From the NCBI GenBank assembly GCA_964573295.1, contig CAZNJE010000002.1, positions 31,351-95,350 of the forward strand: 64,000 bases of DNA, read 5' to 3'. Made by a program: the position numbers and the translations under genes. Positions 10,979-21,841 of the stretch are shown in pieces (position 1 is the first letter of the stretch; each line of letters begins with the position of its first letter). The notes below the pieces were generated by a model. The model was not told the origin of the DNA. It saw nothing but the letters and a program-made list of their open reading frames with translations, and made no database searches. The DNA is from an uncultured bacterium (GTDB lineage Bacteria > Eisenbacteria > RBG-16-71-46 > CAIMUX01 > WJJG01).

Positions 10979-12340
10979 CTACGGTAGCTGGCCATGCTCA
11001 TCGAGCCACGACCAGCCCTCTAGCCAGAGATCATCGCCGAAGGAGCCCACGTAGGTGGCCGACGCGTCGAAGAACGGGTCATTCGGGAGTTGATCGGCGT
11101 TCTCAGCCTTGAGCGCCTCGCCTCCCATCGCGGGAAGCGGGTCGATCGACTCACTCCCCAGAGTCATGTCGATCGTTCCCAGTCCGGGGTCGATCTCGCG
11201 CACGCTCAGGAGGGAAACCACGTCGTCGTGAAGGGCGGAGGCCTTGCAGTCATGGATGATACCACTCGGGGAGAAGTAGATCGCGTTGGGTCCGCTGGCC
11301 GGAGCCTCGGCAACGATGAGGTCGAGGGAGGCCTGGTCCTTCACTCGCAGTCCGACGCCGTTCCCATTCAATATCAGTACGTTGCGGAAGTCGCCGCCGG
11401 TCCCCTCGCGCAACCGGATCATCTCGTCAGCGCCATCCCCGTCGGGCGTGCCGCCATCCGGACCCAGAAGCGTCACGTTGCAGAACTGAGGATAGGACCG
11501 GGGCTGAGCATCCATGTTGGAGCCGTCGTTGTCCATCTCGAATCCTCGCCCGCAGAAATCTCGGCCCAGGACGGCGAAGAGGAACTGCCCCTTGCCTTGG
11601 TATCCCAGGTCGCTGTCGAAGCAGTCGTCGCCGCAGTAGGCCGCACACAGATACTTGACGTTCACGGTTCCGCCGAAGAACTCGAAACCATCATCCTGGT
11701 TCCACGCCACTTCGCAGTGTTCAACGACCGTCCCACTGCCGACGCCCGCGAAGGTCATGCCGTTGATCTCATTGCCCTCGCCGATTTCTCGTCCGCCGTA
11801 CCAGACCCGTACGTATCGCAGGATGCCGCTGCTGTCGGTGGGATCATCCCCCCCATAGGACACGCCCGCGATGCCTTCGACGAAGAGTTCCCCGCTTCTG
11901 TTGACGGGAGCCTTGCCCAAGAGTACCAGCCCGCCCCAAAGACCACGCTGCGGGAGGACATCCTCCGAAAACGCGGTGGTGAAGGTAATCGGCTTGTCGC
12001 GGGTTCCATCGGCGATGATCTGTGCCCCGGGTTTGACCACCAACACCGAGGCGCGTCCGACTTGGTCATAGGGCAAGCCCTTGATGACGGTTCCGGGCTC
12101 GATCGTGAGTGTCACCCCTTCATCGACGAAGGTCTGACCGGTGAGGAGGTATTCGTTCTCGGCCGAGAGGTGCATGTCCTCGGCAATCGTGCCACTCAGC
12201 TGAATGACGTCGCTCGATGGTTGCGTAGCGCTGTCCTTGGTGCATCCCGTTGGAACGACTGCGGCCAGACTGAGAAGCGCAAGCGTTCGAATCCAGCGCT
12301 TGCCGCATACCGGCCTGACAATTCTCATCACGGATATCAT
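10979..12340 (-). CDS. Lipoprotein of unknown function (Gly/Asp-rich, possibly beta-helical)
   Basis: Signal peptide with lipobox (VVPTGC) and GGAGG SD. Immediately upstream of, and co-oriented with, the TonB-dependent receptor. Confidence 0.6.
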   Translation of the reverse strand: MISVMRIVRPVCGKRWIRTLALLSLAAVVPTGCTKDSATQPSSDVIQLSGTIAEDMHLSAENEYLLTGQTFVDEGVTLTIEPGTVIKGLPYDQVGRASVLVVKPGAQIIADGTRDKPITFTTAFSEDVLPQRGLWGGLVLLGKAPVNRSGELFVEGIAGVSYGGDDPTDSSGILRYVRVWYGGREIGEGNEINGMTFAGVGSGTVVEHCEVAWNQDDGFEFFGGTVNVKYLCAAYCGDDCFDSDLGYQGKGQFLFAVLGRDFCGRGFEMDNDGSNMDAQPRSYPQFCNVTLLGPDGGTPDGDGADEMIRLREGTGGDFRNVLILNGNGVGLRVKDQASLDLIVAEAPASGPNAIYFSPSGIIHDCKASALHDDVVSLLSVREIDPGLGTIDMTLGSESIDPLPAMGGEALKAENADQLPNDPFFDASATYVGSFGDDLWLEGWSWLDEHGQLP

Positions 12341-12376
12341 CGCCTACCTCCAGTGATCGTATCCACGGCACCTGAC

Positions 12377-12889
12377 CTACTTGTGGATTTGAGCGAGACT
12401 GAGTATGGCTTCATCCCACTCTCGTGATTCCTTCTTCGAGGAGGTCACGTTCAAGAGAATCCTCGGCTTGCTGGCGACTACACCGACTCCCAGGGTCACG
12501 CCCTCTTCCACGAGATGCGGCAGGCCGGTCAAGGAAAGGACATGGTTGGATTGAGTGAACGCCAGCGCGTCGGACAAGCTCGCTTCGTCTCCGATGAACA
12601 TGGCCGCCGGAACGGAGGAAGGCAGGGCATCGCCCTGCTCGACCGATGCAAGCGTGGCCCCGCCAATGCTGCGGCCTTCCAGCTTTTTCAGCTCCTCGGC
12701 CACCGCCGGCGCACCCAGAACATAGATCGTGATGTCTCCTCCCAAGGACTTGTCGAAAGCCATCGCTTTCGAAAGAAGGGCGGCTTGTAGATTGGGAGGC
12801 GCCTCGGTGACTTCCTGTGCCAGCGGATCACTGGGAACTACCAGCAGCGCAAGTACAGCACATAGCCCGATTGCAGCCTTCGTCGCCAT
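12377..12889 (-). CDS. Secreted periplasmic protein, YfiR/DUF4154-like
   Basis: Cleavable signal peptide. Ala/Leu-rich ~150-aa mature region whose hydrophobic periodicity resembles YfiR-type proteins commonly found beside TonB receptors. GAGGGGA SD. Family assignment is tentative. Confidence 0.45.
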   Translation of the reverse strand: MATKAAIGLCAVLALLVVPSDPLAQEVTEAPPNLQAALLSKAMAFDKSLGGDITIYVLGAPAVAEELKKLEGRSIGGATLASVEQGDALPSSVPAAMFIGDEASLSDALAFTQSNHVLSLTGLPHLVEEGVTLGVGVVASKPRILLNVTSSKKESREWDEAILSLAQIHK

Positions 12890-13376
12890 GCTATGTCTCC
12901 CCTCGTAGTGCGTTCGGCACGAGATTGGTTCCTTCTACACGTGCACCGGTTTCGAGGCTCACCTTCCCGGCCATCCAAGGAAGCCGTTGGGACAACGGGG
13001 TATCGACCCGGCTGGCGCAAGATGCCTGTGATGGTGATCTTCTGAGTTCTCGGCCTTCTGCCACCGTCGTCGTACAACCTCTCGCTGCCGGACTCGCTCT
13101 CGTTTGCGGTCGGGGGACGCGTTCGTCCACTACATGTGCTTGATCGGCGAAACCGGCGCACTACTTATGTTAGGAACATGTTAGCATCGTGTGTGCGTCT
13201 TGCTGCTCCGTACTGATCGTGGAGGCCGCGCGAGGACCCACACTGAGATCCGCGCACCCGCGGTCGGCGAGCAGCAAACACACAGTAAACACACGGCAAA
13301 CAGATCCCAATGCAGAAACCCCCTCCACGACTCGCTCACAAGCCGTGGAGGGGGCCGAACTCCAGTCGAGATGCCG

Positions 13377-16127
13377 CTAGCGTACGATCAGGAATCGTCC
13401 CTCCTGCTCCCCACCGCGGCCCGCGACCCGGTAAAGATACATCCCCGCGGTCACCGGCTGGCCGTGCTCGTCGCGGCCGTCCCAGTGAAGGCCCCCGACG
13501 CCCGCGGGCAACAGGCTCTCGAGGCCGCGTACCTGGCGTCCCTGGAGATCGAAGATGCTCGCCCGCACCAGGCCCCCCTGGCCGAGCTCGAAGCGTAGCG
13601 TGGTCGTGCCGGGACCCGGGTTGGGCGCGGCGCCCAGCAGGCGAAGCCCGCTCGCCAGACGGTTCTCCGCGATGCCCTGGCTGCCCTCGACGGCAAAGCT
13701 CGCCGCCGGCATGCACAGGCCCGCTTCTTCGCCGTCATCGGCGTAGGCGCGCCAGAAGTAGGTGCCGTCGGCCAGCGGCGCCGATACGGTCCAAGCTGTC
13801 TCAGATGCGCCTTCGGGCACACCGGCCGTACTCGTGACCAGGTCGGTCAACAACGCGTCCGCGTAGATCTGGAACCCGTAGGTCAACTCGTCGCCGGGAT
13901 CTGGATCGACGGCGTTGCTCACCACGAGCGTCGGCACGGACGTGTGGACGGTCTCGCCCTCACCGGGGCTCACGAGCGCCGGCGCACCCGGCGCCTGGTT
14001 TCCCGAAAGCAGGCTGGAGATGACGACGTCGTCGATATACCAACCCTCGCCGCCGGTGTTGCCGTCGGAGCCGAAGCGGAAACGGAACTGCGCCACTCCT
14101 TCCACCCCATCGAGGGTCACCGTGCCGGCGGTCCAGTCGAAGGAACCCGAGTAAACCGGCGTGTCCTCGGCAAACGGGCCCGGCTGGCTGGAGGCGCGGA
14201 TCGTGTGCGTGTAGCCCTCATCGGGCAGGACCTGCCCCCACGGCGTTCCGTTGACGGTCATCTCCACGATCCCGCCGTCATAGGCCCGGCCGGTCCAATA
14301 ACTGCTATCCTCGGCATCCATCCAGTGCCAGAAGGCGAGCTGCGTCAGGCCACCGATGGTGACCTCGGGGGTCTCGAGCACGCCGTCGGCCAGGCCCGTG
14401 TAGTCACCTGAGCCCGTGCTGCCGAACTTCCAGCTCGTGGCGCCTCCGGCGGTGTGGTTGCGGGTACCGCTCATGTGCCACTCGTCGTTGTAGCCGCTGC
14501 TCTCCACGTGATGGGTCCAGTCGCCTTGGCCGGACTCGATGTCGTCGGCGAAGACGACCGGCAGGTCACCGACCATGTACTCATGCTCGAAGGTGACCTC
14601 GAACCCATCGGCGGTCACCACGAAGCACAAGGGCATCCGATGCCCGGCCGGACAATCGGCGGCCACGGTGAAGCTGAGCGGGTTGCCGGCGTTGTCGCCC
14701 TCGCCGCGGGCCGGAATCCCGCCCAGCGACGCCTGGGCGGCACCCAGCTGCACGTAGGGATCATCGGTTACCAGGGTGACGACCGCGTTGGCGGCCGCCT
14801 CGGCAATCGCATCGTTGCGCAGCGTGAGCACCAGCTCGCAGGTCTCGCCCGGATCGGGCTTCCCGTCCATGTTGCCGCCGCTCAGGGCCAGATCCAGCAG
14901 CGTGAGGTAGATGCCCGCGGTCTTCATCAAGTAGATGTTCTTCGGAATGTTCTCGGCCACCAGGCCGGGGATCTCCGAGTCGGCCGGCCAGAAGCCCGAA
15001 CCGTCGACCTCGGTACAGAAGCTGTAGATCTTCGGCTTGCTCGTCTGCTCACCGTAGGCCCAGTCGGTCGTCGTACCCGAGCAGCTGTAGCCGATCGTCT
15101 CCCCCGCCTGGCCGATCGCATAGCCCGCTGAGCCGTTCATCGCCTGAGCAACCTCGCGGAAGAGGGCGTCATCCTCCGTGTGGGAAGTCGTCCACGACCA
15201 GGGAATGAGAATGGCGCCGTAGACGCTGTGGTAAGAATCGTGCGAGACAAACTCGTGGGCATTGATGAAGTTGACCATTGCCTGCACGCACGGCTCCGAT
15301 GCCGGCTCCGGACCCAGGTAGACGTCGCTGCAGGGATCATAGCTGATACCGCCATGGTCCCACATGTACGGATAGTTGCGGTTCGGGTCCACGCCGTAGC
15401 AGCTGCTGCCGGCGTTGTCTCGCCGGTTCTTGCGCCACATGCCCCCGCCGCCCGGGTAGGTTTGCTCGTTGTACAGATACCCGTCAGGATTGACCACCGG
15501 GACGAAGTAGGTTTGCCGGTTGTCGACCAGGTAGGTGATCTCCGGATCGGTGCCGTAATTTTCGCAGAGGGAACGGATGGTCTCGATCAAGACGTTCACC
15601 GTGATCGGCTCGCGCGCGTGGTGGAGTGCGTCGAAGAGCACCTCGGGCTCGTCGGGCTCGTCGACCTCGACATTGTCCGACAGCTTCACGGCCCAGATGT
15701 GATTGCCTTCGTGCGTGGTCCCCAGCGAGAACTTCTCGCTCAGAATTTCGGGATAGAGCGAGCTGAACTCATCGAGATAACCCACCATCTCAGTGTAGGT
15801 GTAGAAGTCGCCGAAATTGCGCTCCGAAGTACGTTGCGAGGCGTAATGCTCTTCCATGTCCGGGATCTGGATCTCGACGACGAAGCCGAGCCGCTCCAGC
15901 CGGCGGATCTGATCGTCGTGGCTCACCAGGATCAGCTCCTCCCCTGGCACGAACTCCATGATGTCGAGATCGGGAACCTCGCGCGCCAGATTCTGCAGAT
16001 CCGCCGCATCGACCCACTGCAGCCGCACCTGCACTTTGGGGTGAGAACCGGTGTAGGCATCCGCAACGCCGCAGGCGCTGACGCAGATGCCCAAGAGAAT
16101 CATGAACAGGACCAGCCGTGGGTGCAT
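13377..16127 (-). CDS. M14-family zinc carboxypeptidase with C-terminal T9SS-type (Por_Secre_tail / FlgD-Ig-like) sorting domain
   Basis: Lipoprotein-like signal (GICVSAC), M14 motifs (HAREPIT, VNPDGY), C-terminal tail ...APNPGPGTTTLRFEL...IFDLQGRQVRGL...GMYLYRV. Confidence 0.85.
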   Translation of the reverse strand: MHPRLVLFMILLGICVSACGVADAYTGSHPKVQVRLQWVDAADLQNLAREVPDLDIMEFVPGEELILVSHDDQIRRLERLGFVVEIQIPDMEEHYASQRTSERNFGDFYTYTEMVGYLDEFSSLYPEILSEKFSLGTTHEGNHIWAVKLSDNVEVDEPDEPEVLFDALHHAREPITVNVLIETIRSLCENYGTDPEITYLVDNRQTYFVPVVNPDGYLYNEQTYPGGGGMWRKNRRDNAGSSCYGVDPNRNYPYMWDHGGISYDPCSDVYLGPEPASEPCVQAMVNFINAHEFVSHDSYHSVYGAILIPWSWTTSHTEDDALFREVAQAMNGSAGYAIGQAGETIGYSCSGTTTDWAYGEQTSKPKIYSFCTEVDGSGFWPADSEIPGLVAENIPKNIYLMKTAGIYLTLLDLALSGGNMDGKPDPGETCELVLTLRNDAIAEAAANAVVTLVTDDPYVQLGAAQASLGGIPARGEGDNAGNPLSFTVAADCPAGHRMPLCFVVTADGFEVTFEHEYMVGDLPVVFADDIESGQGDWTHHVESSGYNDEWHMSGTRNHTAGGATSWKFGSTGSGDYTGLADGVLETPEVTIGGLTQLAFWHWMDAEDSSYWTGRAYDGGIVEMTVNGTPWGQVLPDEGYTHTIRASSQPGPFAEDTPVYSGSFDWTAGTVTLDGVEGVAQFRFRFGSDGNTGGEGWYIDDVVISSLLSGNQAPGAPALVSPGEGETVHTSVPTLVVSNAVDPDPGDELTYGFQIYADALLTDLVTSTAGVPEGASETAWTVSAPLADGTYFWRAYADDGEEAGLCMPAASFAVEGSQGIAENRLASGLRLLGAAPNPGPGTTTLRFELGQGGLVRASIFDLQGRQVRGLESLLPAGVGGLHWDGRDEHGQPVTAGMYLYRVAGRGGEQEGRFLIVR

Positions 16128-16464
16128 TGTGTGCCTCCTCCTGGTAGGGTGCCGACCATGCCACTCCGTGGATTGTGGGGCGGTCCACGAATCAGGCGAT
16201 GGGCTGGCCGCGGAACAGGCCCCAGACGGGCGACTATACGAGCGTATTCTACCATGAATTCCCTGGATCTGCCTGCCCGATTGACCTTTGACGCGTCTGC
16301 CCCTCGGCCCGTTCGCCCATGGCCCGATTGTCCCTTTGAGCTGATTGACCCTCGTCGGGTCGTCCCGTACATTTCACCGGCACCCGCCGTCGCCGAAGCT
16401 GGCCGCTGCGGGAATGCGGAGTGGGATATCGCGATCAGAAACCAGCCAGGGAGGGGGCTGCGAC

Positions 16465-17229
16465 ATGGCAGAAGAGGCGCGGACTCAAGATCTTGCGGAG
16501 CAGGTGGCCATCGTCACCGGGTCGGCGCGGGGCATCGGCAAGTCGATCGCCTTGGCGCTCGCCCGCCGGGGGGCCGACGTGGTCATCACTGACATCGACG
16601 CAGAGGCCGCCCACGCCACCAGCCAGGAGATCACGGCGCTGGGCCGCCGGTCGCTGGCCATCCGTTGTAACGTTGCCAAGAAGCTCGACGTCGAGGCTCT
16701 GGTCAAGACCACGATCGATGAACTCGGCCGGCTCGACATCTACGTCAACAACGCCGGTATCACCCGCGATGGACTCATGATCCGCATGAGCGAGGAACAA
16801 TGGGATCTGGTGCTGGACATCAACCTCAAGGGCACCTTCTTCGGATGCCAGGTGGCCGGCAAGGCCATGATGAAGGCCCGCCGCGGGCGCATCGTCAATC
16901 TGGCCTCGATCATGGGCCTGGTGGGCAACGTCGGTCAGGCCAACTACGCGGCCTCGAAGGGTGGCGTGATCGCTCTCACCCGCTCGGCCGCGAAGGAGAT
17001 GGCCGCTCGCAACATCAACGTCAACGCCATCGCGCCCGGCTTGATCGAGACCGAGATGACCCGCGAGTTGCCGGAGAAGAGCAGGCAGCAGTTCCTGGAG
17101 ACGGTGCCCCTCAAGCGGGTGGGCCGGCCCGAGGACGTCGCCAATCTGGTATGCTTCCTCTGCTCGCAGGAGTCGAGCTACATCACCGGCCAGGTCATCG
17201 TGATCGACGGTGGGCTGACCATCAGCTAG
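16465..17229 (+). CDS. fabG: 3-oxoacyl-ACP reductase (SDR family)
   Basis: [13 protein letters not shown] Rossmann motif, NNAG, YAASKGG catalytic motif. Near full-length similarity to FabG. Confidence 0.9.
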   Translation: MAEEARTQDLAEQVAIVTGSARGIGKSIALALARRGADVVITDIDAEAAHATSQEITALGRRSLAIRCNVAKKLDVEALVKTTIDELGRLDIYVNNAGITRDGLMIRMSEEQWDLVLDINLKGTFFGCQVAGKAMMKARRGRIVNLASIMGLVGNVGQANYAASKGGVIALTRSAAKEMAARNINVNAIAPGLIETEMTRELPEKSRQQFLETVPLKRVGRPEDVANLVCFLCSQESSYITGQVIVIDGGLTIS

Positions 17230-17541
17230 CTGACTGCCCCGGGGAGATGGGCAGACCCCCGGGCGAAGCGCCCCGCATGCCGCAACTCTCAAGTGGGAGT
17301 GCGGTCCGTGGCAGGGGTGCAGTCCACGCAACAGGCAGAGGAGTCGGGATTGGCCGAAAACCACCAGCGCACCGGACACGAGCATCCGGACTCGCCGGAT
17401 CCGGATGCCCCGGGCCTCTTTGATCCGGATCGGCAGCCGCGGGGCAATGAAGGGCCGGACCGCCAACTGCTGAACCTGGACACCGTCTTCGAAGATGACG
17501 AGTTCTGCCGCGCCGAAAGCCGCATTCGCAGCTCGAAGCGC

Positions 17542-18747
17542 ATGCTGGTCGAGCTTCTGGAGGAACTCGTCGCCATCCGATCGGCGAACCCCCCGGGCGA
17601 GAACTACCTGGAGTGCGCCCTGCTCCTCAGCGAACGCTTGCGCGACATGGGTTTCCAGCCCCGCCTGATCGAGGTCCCACTGCACGAACTGCGCCGGATC
17701 GGACTGCCCACGAACCGCCCGCGCCCCTCGGTACTCACCAGCTTCGGCGACGAATCCCCCGAGGCCCCGACGCTGCACTTCCACGCTCATTACGACGTCG
17801 TGCCCGCCGACGGCGATACGCTGTTCGGCTTGCGAGTGGAGGGCGACGATGCACTGGGCCGCGGGACGGCCGACATGAAGGGCGGTATCGTCTCGCTCTT
17901 CTTGGCCCTCTCGGCGTTGAAGCTCCTGCGTCCCCGGCTGCGCGGGCGCGTCTTGCTTTCCCTGGTTCCCGACGAGGAGACCGGCGGTGCAGCGGGTACC
18001 GAATACCTTTTCCGGGCCGGGGTCCTGCCTCGTGGCTCCCTGGGTATGTTGACTCCGGAACCGACGAGCGGCCGTATCTGGCACGGCAACCGCGGCGCGA
18101 TCTCACAGCTCCTCACGGTGAGCGGCGAGATGGCCCATGTCGCCGTGCAGCACCAGGGCCGCAACGCCTTCGAGGGCATGCTCGAGTTGGGTCAGATGCT
18201 CACGGATTTGAAGCAGACCGTCGAGTCTCGCCGCGTCGACGGTCCGGACCTGGGGATCGAGGGGCCGCCCTCGGTTCTTCTCCTGGGCGGCGTGACGCGT
18301 GGGGGCACCAATTTCAATGTGGTGCCCGAGATGGTGAGTTTCTCGGTGGACCGCCGTTTCCACCCGGGGGAGAACCAGCAAGAAGTTGCCCGGGAACTCG
18401 ATCGCCTCTACCGGCGCTTCCGCCGCTCCGGCTGGGACCTGGACGTCCGCTTACTGCAGAAGGGCGCCGCCTCCTTCACCCCCAGCGACACCCCCCTGGC
18501 CGCGAGCCTCGGCCACATGGTACGTGCAGTCACCGGCGAGAGTCCGGGGTTCGGTTTGTGCCCGGGCATTCTCGAGACGCGATTCTTCCTTGAGAACGAC
18601 ACCCCGGCTCTGGCCTACGGACCCGGCGAGCTGGCTGTGAGCCACACCCAACACGAACGGGTGAACCTCACGCGCATCATGGATGTGGCCTGCATCTACG
18701 CTCGGATGGCCTGGGCGCTGCTGGGCGACCACCCTCCGCGGGGCTAG
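17542..18747 (+). CDS. M20-family metallopeptidase (ArgE/DapE/CPG2-like)
   Basis: HFHAHYDVVPA and GRGTADMKGG metal-binding motifs. The N-terminus MLVELLEELVAIRS is typical of M20 proteins. The ORF is open from a GTG at 17293, so an N-terminal extension cannot be excluded. Confidence 0.8.
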   Translation: MLVELLEELVAIRSANPPGENYLECALLLSERLRDMGFQPRLIEVPLHELRRIGLPTNRPRPSVLTSFGDESPEAPTLHFHAHYDVVPADGDTLFGLRVEGDDALGRGTADMKGGIVSLFLALSALKLLRPRLRGRVLLSLVPDEETGGAAGTEYLFRAGVLPRGSLGMLTPEPTSGRIWHGNRGAISQLLTVSGEMAHVAVQHQGRNAFEGMLELGQMLTDLKQTVESRRVDGPDLGIEGPPSVLLLGGVTRGGTNFNVVPEMVSFSVDRRFHPGENQQEVARELDRLYRRFRRSGWDLDVRLLQKGAASFTPSDTPLAASLGHMVRAVTGESPGFGLCPGILETRFFLENDTPALAYGPGELAVSHTQHERVNLTRIMDVACIYARMAWALLGDHPPRG

Positions 18748-18826
18748 GCCGCAACCACTCGCCACAGGCTCAGGCCGCAACCACTCGCCACAGACTCAGG
18801 CCGCGATCCTACGCCGCGGGCCCAGC

Positions 18827-21496
18827 CTACTCCACCACCACGATCCGGCGGGTCATCTCTTGCCCCGAGGCCTGCGCACGGATGAAATAGATACCCGTCG
18901 GCACCGCATGACCCCGCTGGTCGCGTCCATCCCAATTGATGGCCGTCTCGCCCCCGTCGAGCACGCCCAGCAGAAGGGTCCGCACGCGCCGGCCGGCGGC
19001 ATCGAATAGCTCGACCCGCGCCTCGTTCGCCGAAGGCATGCGCAGCCGCAGCGTGGTTTCCCCCGAAGTCAGCGAGGGTTCGGGCCGGCTCAGGTGCAAG
19101 CGTCCTCCCGCCAGAACATCCGGCACGCCCTGCGAGCTGCTCAGAAGATACTCCACGGTGTTCTCGAGAAGCTGGCCGGCCAGGGCGCCATCGGTGAGCG
19201 CATCGTAGTCGATGGCCAGGAACACGATCTGCCCCTCGCCGCGACCGGGCATGTCATAGACCAGGATGCCGGCACCATCCGGATAGCTGCTCGTGCCGTA
19301 GACCACCGTGGCGTCGGCCAGTGGCGAGGCCGCGTCCTGATCGCCGAAGTAGTCGTAGGTCACATCCAGCGTCGACGGCAGCGCGTTTGGCAAGGTGGCC
19401 AGCGGATGGTCGCTCTGGCTCGTCCGCAGCACGAGGTCTCCGGCGTTGTCGGTGTGGTAGTCGGATAGATGCAGCACCTCGCTCGCGATCTCGGGGTAAC
19501 CCGGACTCGAGAGCGCATCGTAGGCCACCTCGCCGCCCTCGACGACCAGCTTGCCGCCGCCGGCCACGTAGCTGAGCATGGCTTCCCGGCGTCCTTCCAT
19601 CCGCAAGGGGTTCTTGTACGAGCCTGCGCTCCAGAACACGAGGTCGTAGCCGCCCCAGGTAGCCGGCTGAGTCGTGACGATCGTCTCGCGCGTCGCGCGG
19701 TAACCGAGCGCGGTTAGATCCTCGGTCACGATATTCGTGGGGTTCTCGTCGGAGACGACCAGAATCTCGGCCCTCGCGGGAGGCAGCGCGAAGTCGAGCG
19801 TCTGGTTGCCGCTCACCGTCTGGGTCTCGGTGACCGACACGTGACCGGGTGCGCTCGCCACGATCTCGTAGGTCCCCGCCGGTACTTCGGCGGTGTACTG
19901 GGCCGTGGTCTCATCGGCTTCCACCTGAAGGAACAGCTCCCCGGTGTCACTCCGGTAGACCGCCACCATGGCACCGGTGAGCGGCTGACCCGTCCCGGCC
20001 TGGTTCACGACGCCCGAGACATCGTACCAGGAACCGGCACGCTGAAGATGCACATCGTGGACCGTCGAGACGCCCTCGCTCACGGCGAGCGGCGACGAGG
20101 TGTAGGGCTGGTAGCCGTAGGACTCGATCTCCAGCGTGTAGGTGCCCGGCTCGAGCATGCGGTGGTAGAAGCCGCCGTGCGCATCGTTGTAGATTGCTTT
20201 GCCGATTTCGCCCACGTCGATCGTCGCTGGTACGGGGTTGCCGGTAGCAGCGTCGGTGATCACGCCCTCGATGCCGTTGCGCGCTTGGGCCAGCAGCCAC
20301 AGCATGGCGTCGCGATTCTCGTCCCAGAAGCTGGGCAGCTGATAGGCCGGCGGCCACTTGACGTTGCTGAGCTCAATACAGAAATGGAGTTCGTTGCGCC
20401 AGTTGTACGCCCAATCCTGGAAGCCGCCGTGGATGACGTACCATTCCCAGCCGATCGTGACGCCCTGGTAGAATTGGCCGCTGTTCCACATCGGCGGGTT
20501 GCGATACGAGTAGCCCAGCGCCAGGTTGTGTATCTGGTCGTGGTCGGGCGTGTATTGCCCGTAGAAGCAGTCCCACGGATAGTTCACCACCAGCGCCCCG
20601 CCGTGGTAGTTGACGCCGATCGTGAAGTTGTAGTCGTACTGCCAGATCATCATGTGCTGGACTTCGGTGGGCCGGCCCTCGGGGTCATCGTTGGGATCCT
20701 CGAGCGGGTCGGGGAAATTGCGGTTCAGGTCGTAACCGCTCGCGTTGTAGCGCGTGCCGGCGGCGTTGCCGTCCGGGTTGTGCAGGGGGCAGATCCAAAT
20801 CTCGAGATCGTCGACCAGGGCGGTCAGGTCCGGGTCGATGCCGTAGTTCTCCACCAAGAGCCGGATCAAATAGACGCACATCTCCATGCCCACCACCTCA
20901 TCACCATGGATCGTGGCGGTGTACTTGAAGGCCGGCTCGGGCTCATCCTCGGTCACGTTGTCCGAGAGCTTGAGCATCCACAGCTCCCGACCCTCCTCCG
21001 ACTGCCCGATCGATGTGAGCATCGCGATATCGGGATGGTCGCTGGCGATCTGCTGCAATTCCGCCGTCAGGGACTCGTAGGTGTGATAGTCCTCACGCCC
21101 CGGGGCGCGCAGGCCGGCGTCGACATCAGCCTTGAACTGCAGGAAGGCCCTACGCGCCTGGTTCGGAATGGCCTGGATCCGGTAGCCCGCCGACTCGAGA
21201 TCGGCGAAGGCGGCGTCATCGACGTAGGCCGTCACCCGCGCCCCGTCGAACTGATCGATATCGATCTCCCCAGCCTCGAGGGCCGACAACTCGAAGGGCG
21301 TGGCCACCTCGATCTGGACCGGGAAACGTCCCGTAAAGGGACAGCGATCCGCCTCGGTCGGCAAAGAGCCCTCGGAGGGAACCGCCTCGGCCAGGGCGAT
21401 CGTCACGGCTCCCCATCCCGTGAACAGAAGCAAGCAGGCCAGCGCGGTTGCGAGGTGCTGGATTGCGTTCGGGAGCCATCGGGCCATTCGGCGCAT
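18827..21496 (-). CDS. M14-family zinc carboxypeptidase with carboxypeptidase-regulatory-like and T9SS-type C-terminal sorting domains
   Basis: Signal peptide, HGDEVVG / NPDG M14 motifs, C-terminal ...TTLRLRMP...VELFDAAGRRVRTL...GIYFIRA tail. AGGAGG SD. Confidence 0.85.
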   Translation of the reverse strand: MRRMARWLPNAIQHLATALACLLLFTGWGAVTIALAEAVPSEGSLPTEADRCPFTGRFPVQIEVATPFELSALEAGEIDIDQFDGARVTAYVDDAAFADLESAGYRIQAIPNQARRAFLQFKADVDAGLRAPGREDYHTYESLTAELQQIASDHPDIAMLTSIGQSEEGRELWMLKLSDNVTEDEPEPAFKYTATIHGDEVVGMEMCVYLIRLLVENYGIDPDLTALVDDLEIWICPLHNPDGNAAGTRYNASGYDLNRNFPDPLEDPNDDPEGRPTEVQHMMIWQYDYNFTIGVNYHGGALVVNYPWDCFYGQYTPDHDQIHNLALGYSYRNPPMWNSGQFYQGVTIGWEWYVIHGGFQDWAYNWRNELHFCIELSNVKWPPAYQLPSFWDENRDAMLWLLAQARNGIEGVITDAATGNPVPATIDVGEIGKAIYNDAHGGFYHRMLEPGTYTLEIESYGYQPYTSSPLAVSEGVSTVHDVHLQRAGSWYDVSGVVNQAGTGQPLTGAMVAVYRSDTGELFLQVEADETTAQYTAEVPAGTYEIVASAPGHVSVTETQTVSGNQTLDFALPPARAEILVVSDENPTNIVTEDLTALGYRATRETIVTTQPATWGGYDLVFWSAGSYKNPLRMEGRREAMLSYVAGGGKLVVEGGEVAYDALSSPGYPEIASEVLHLSDYHTDNAGDLVLRTSQSDHPLATLPNALPSTLDVTYDYFGDQDAASPLADATVVYGTSSYPDGAGILVYDMPGRGEGQIVFLAIDYDALTDGALAGQLLENTVEYLLSSSQGVPDVLAGGRLHLSRPEPSLTSGETTLRLRMPSANEARVELFDAAGRRVRTLLLGVLDGGETAINWDGRDQRGHAVPTGIYFIRAQASGQEMTRRIVVVE

Positions 21497-21841
21497 GTCA
21501 ATTCCTCCTGATCTCCTCCCGCTGCGAGCGGGGTCCCGTGGGCTGCTGCGGCGGTCCTTCTTCGTCTCGAGCGGCCGGAGAGGCCGAAACCGGTTCAGGC
21601 AGACAGAACCGTTTACAATTGTATCATCTCTGAGCCCCTGATTTCATGGGGTTCGCTGCGCAACCCTCCATAACTAAAGGAGCCCAGCACTAAAGGAGTC
21701 AAGCAACTGGCCGATCTCCCAAGCGTGGCGATGCCTCGATGTGGCCGTGGCCCGCCTTCAGCATGATGGATGCTGCATAGATGCTCTTTACTGATTGGTG
21801 TCCACGGATCGGTGCCCACGGAGACTGGAAGGGGGCCCTGC

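Noticed and set aside
12270-12310. tRNA-like GTTCGAATCC T-loop motif
   Set aside because: Lies inside the signal-peptide coding region of the lipoprotein gene. Flanking sequence cannot form acceptor or anticodon arms.
17293-17541. 83-codon N-terminal extension of the M20 peptidase from the GTG at 17293
   Set aside because: No signal peptide or domain. The acidic, Pro-rich composition looks like translated leader. The internal ATG gives a canonical M20 N-terminus. The extension is retained only as an alternative.
15180-21511. Long plus/minus shadow ORFs (15180-16592, 16435-18084, 19841-21511)
   Set aside because: Each lies antisense to a confidently identified gene (the M14 peptidases, fabG and the M20 peptidase) and shows Arg/Gly/His-rich nonsense composition.
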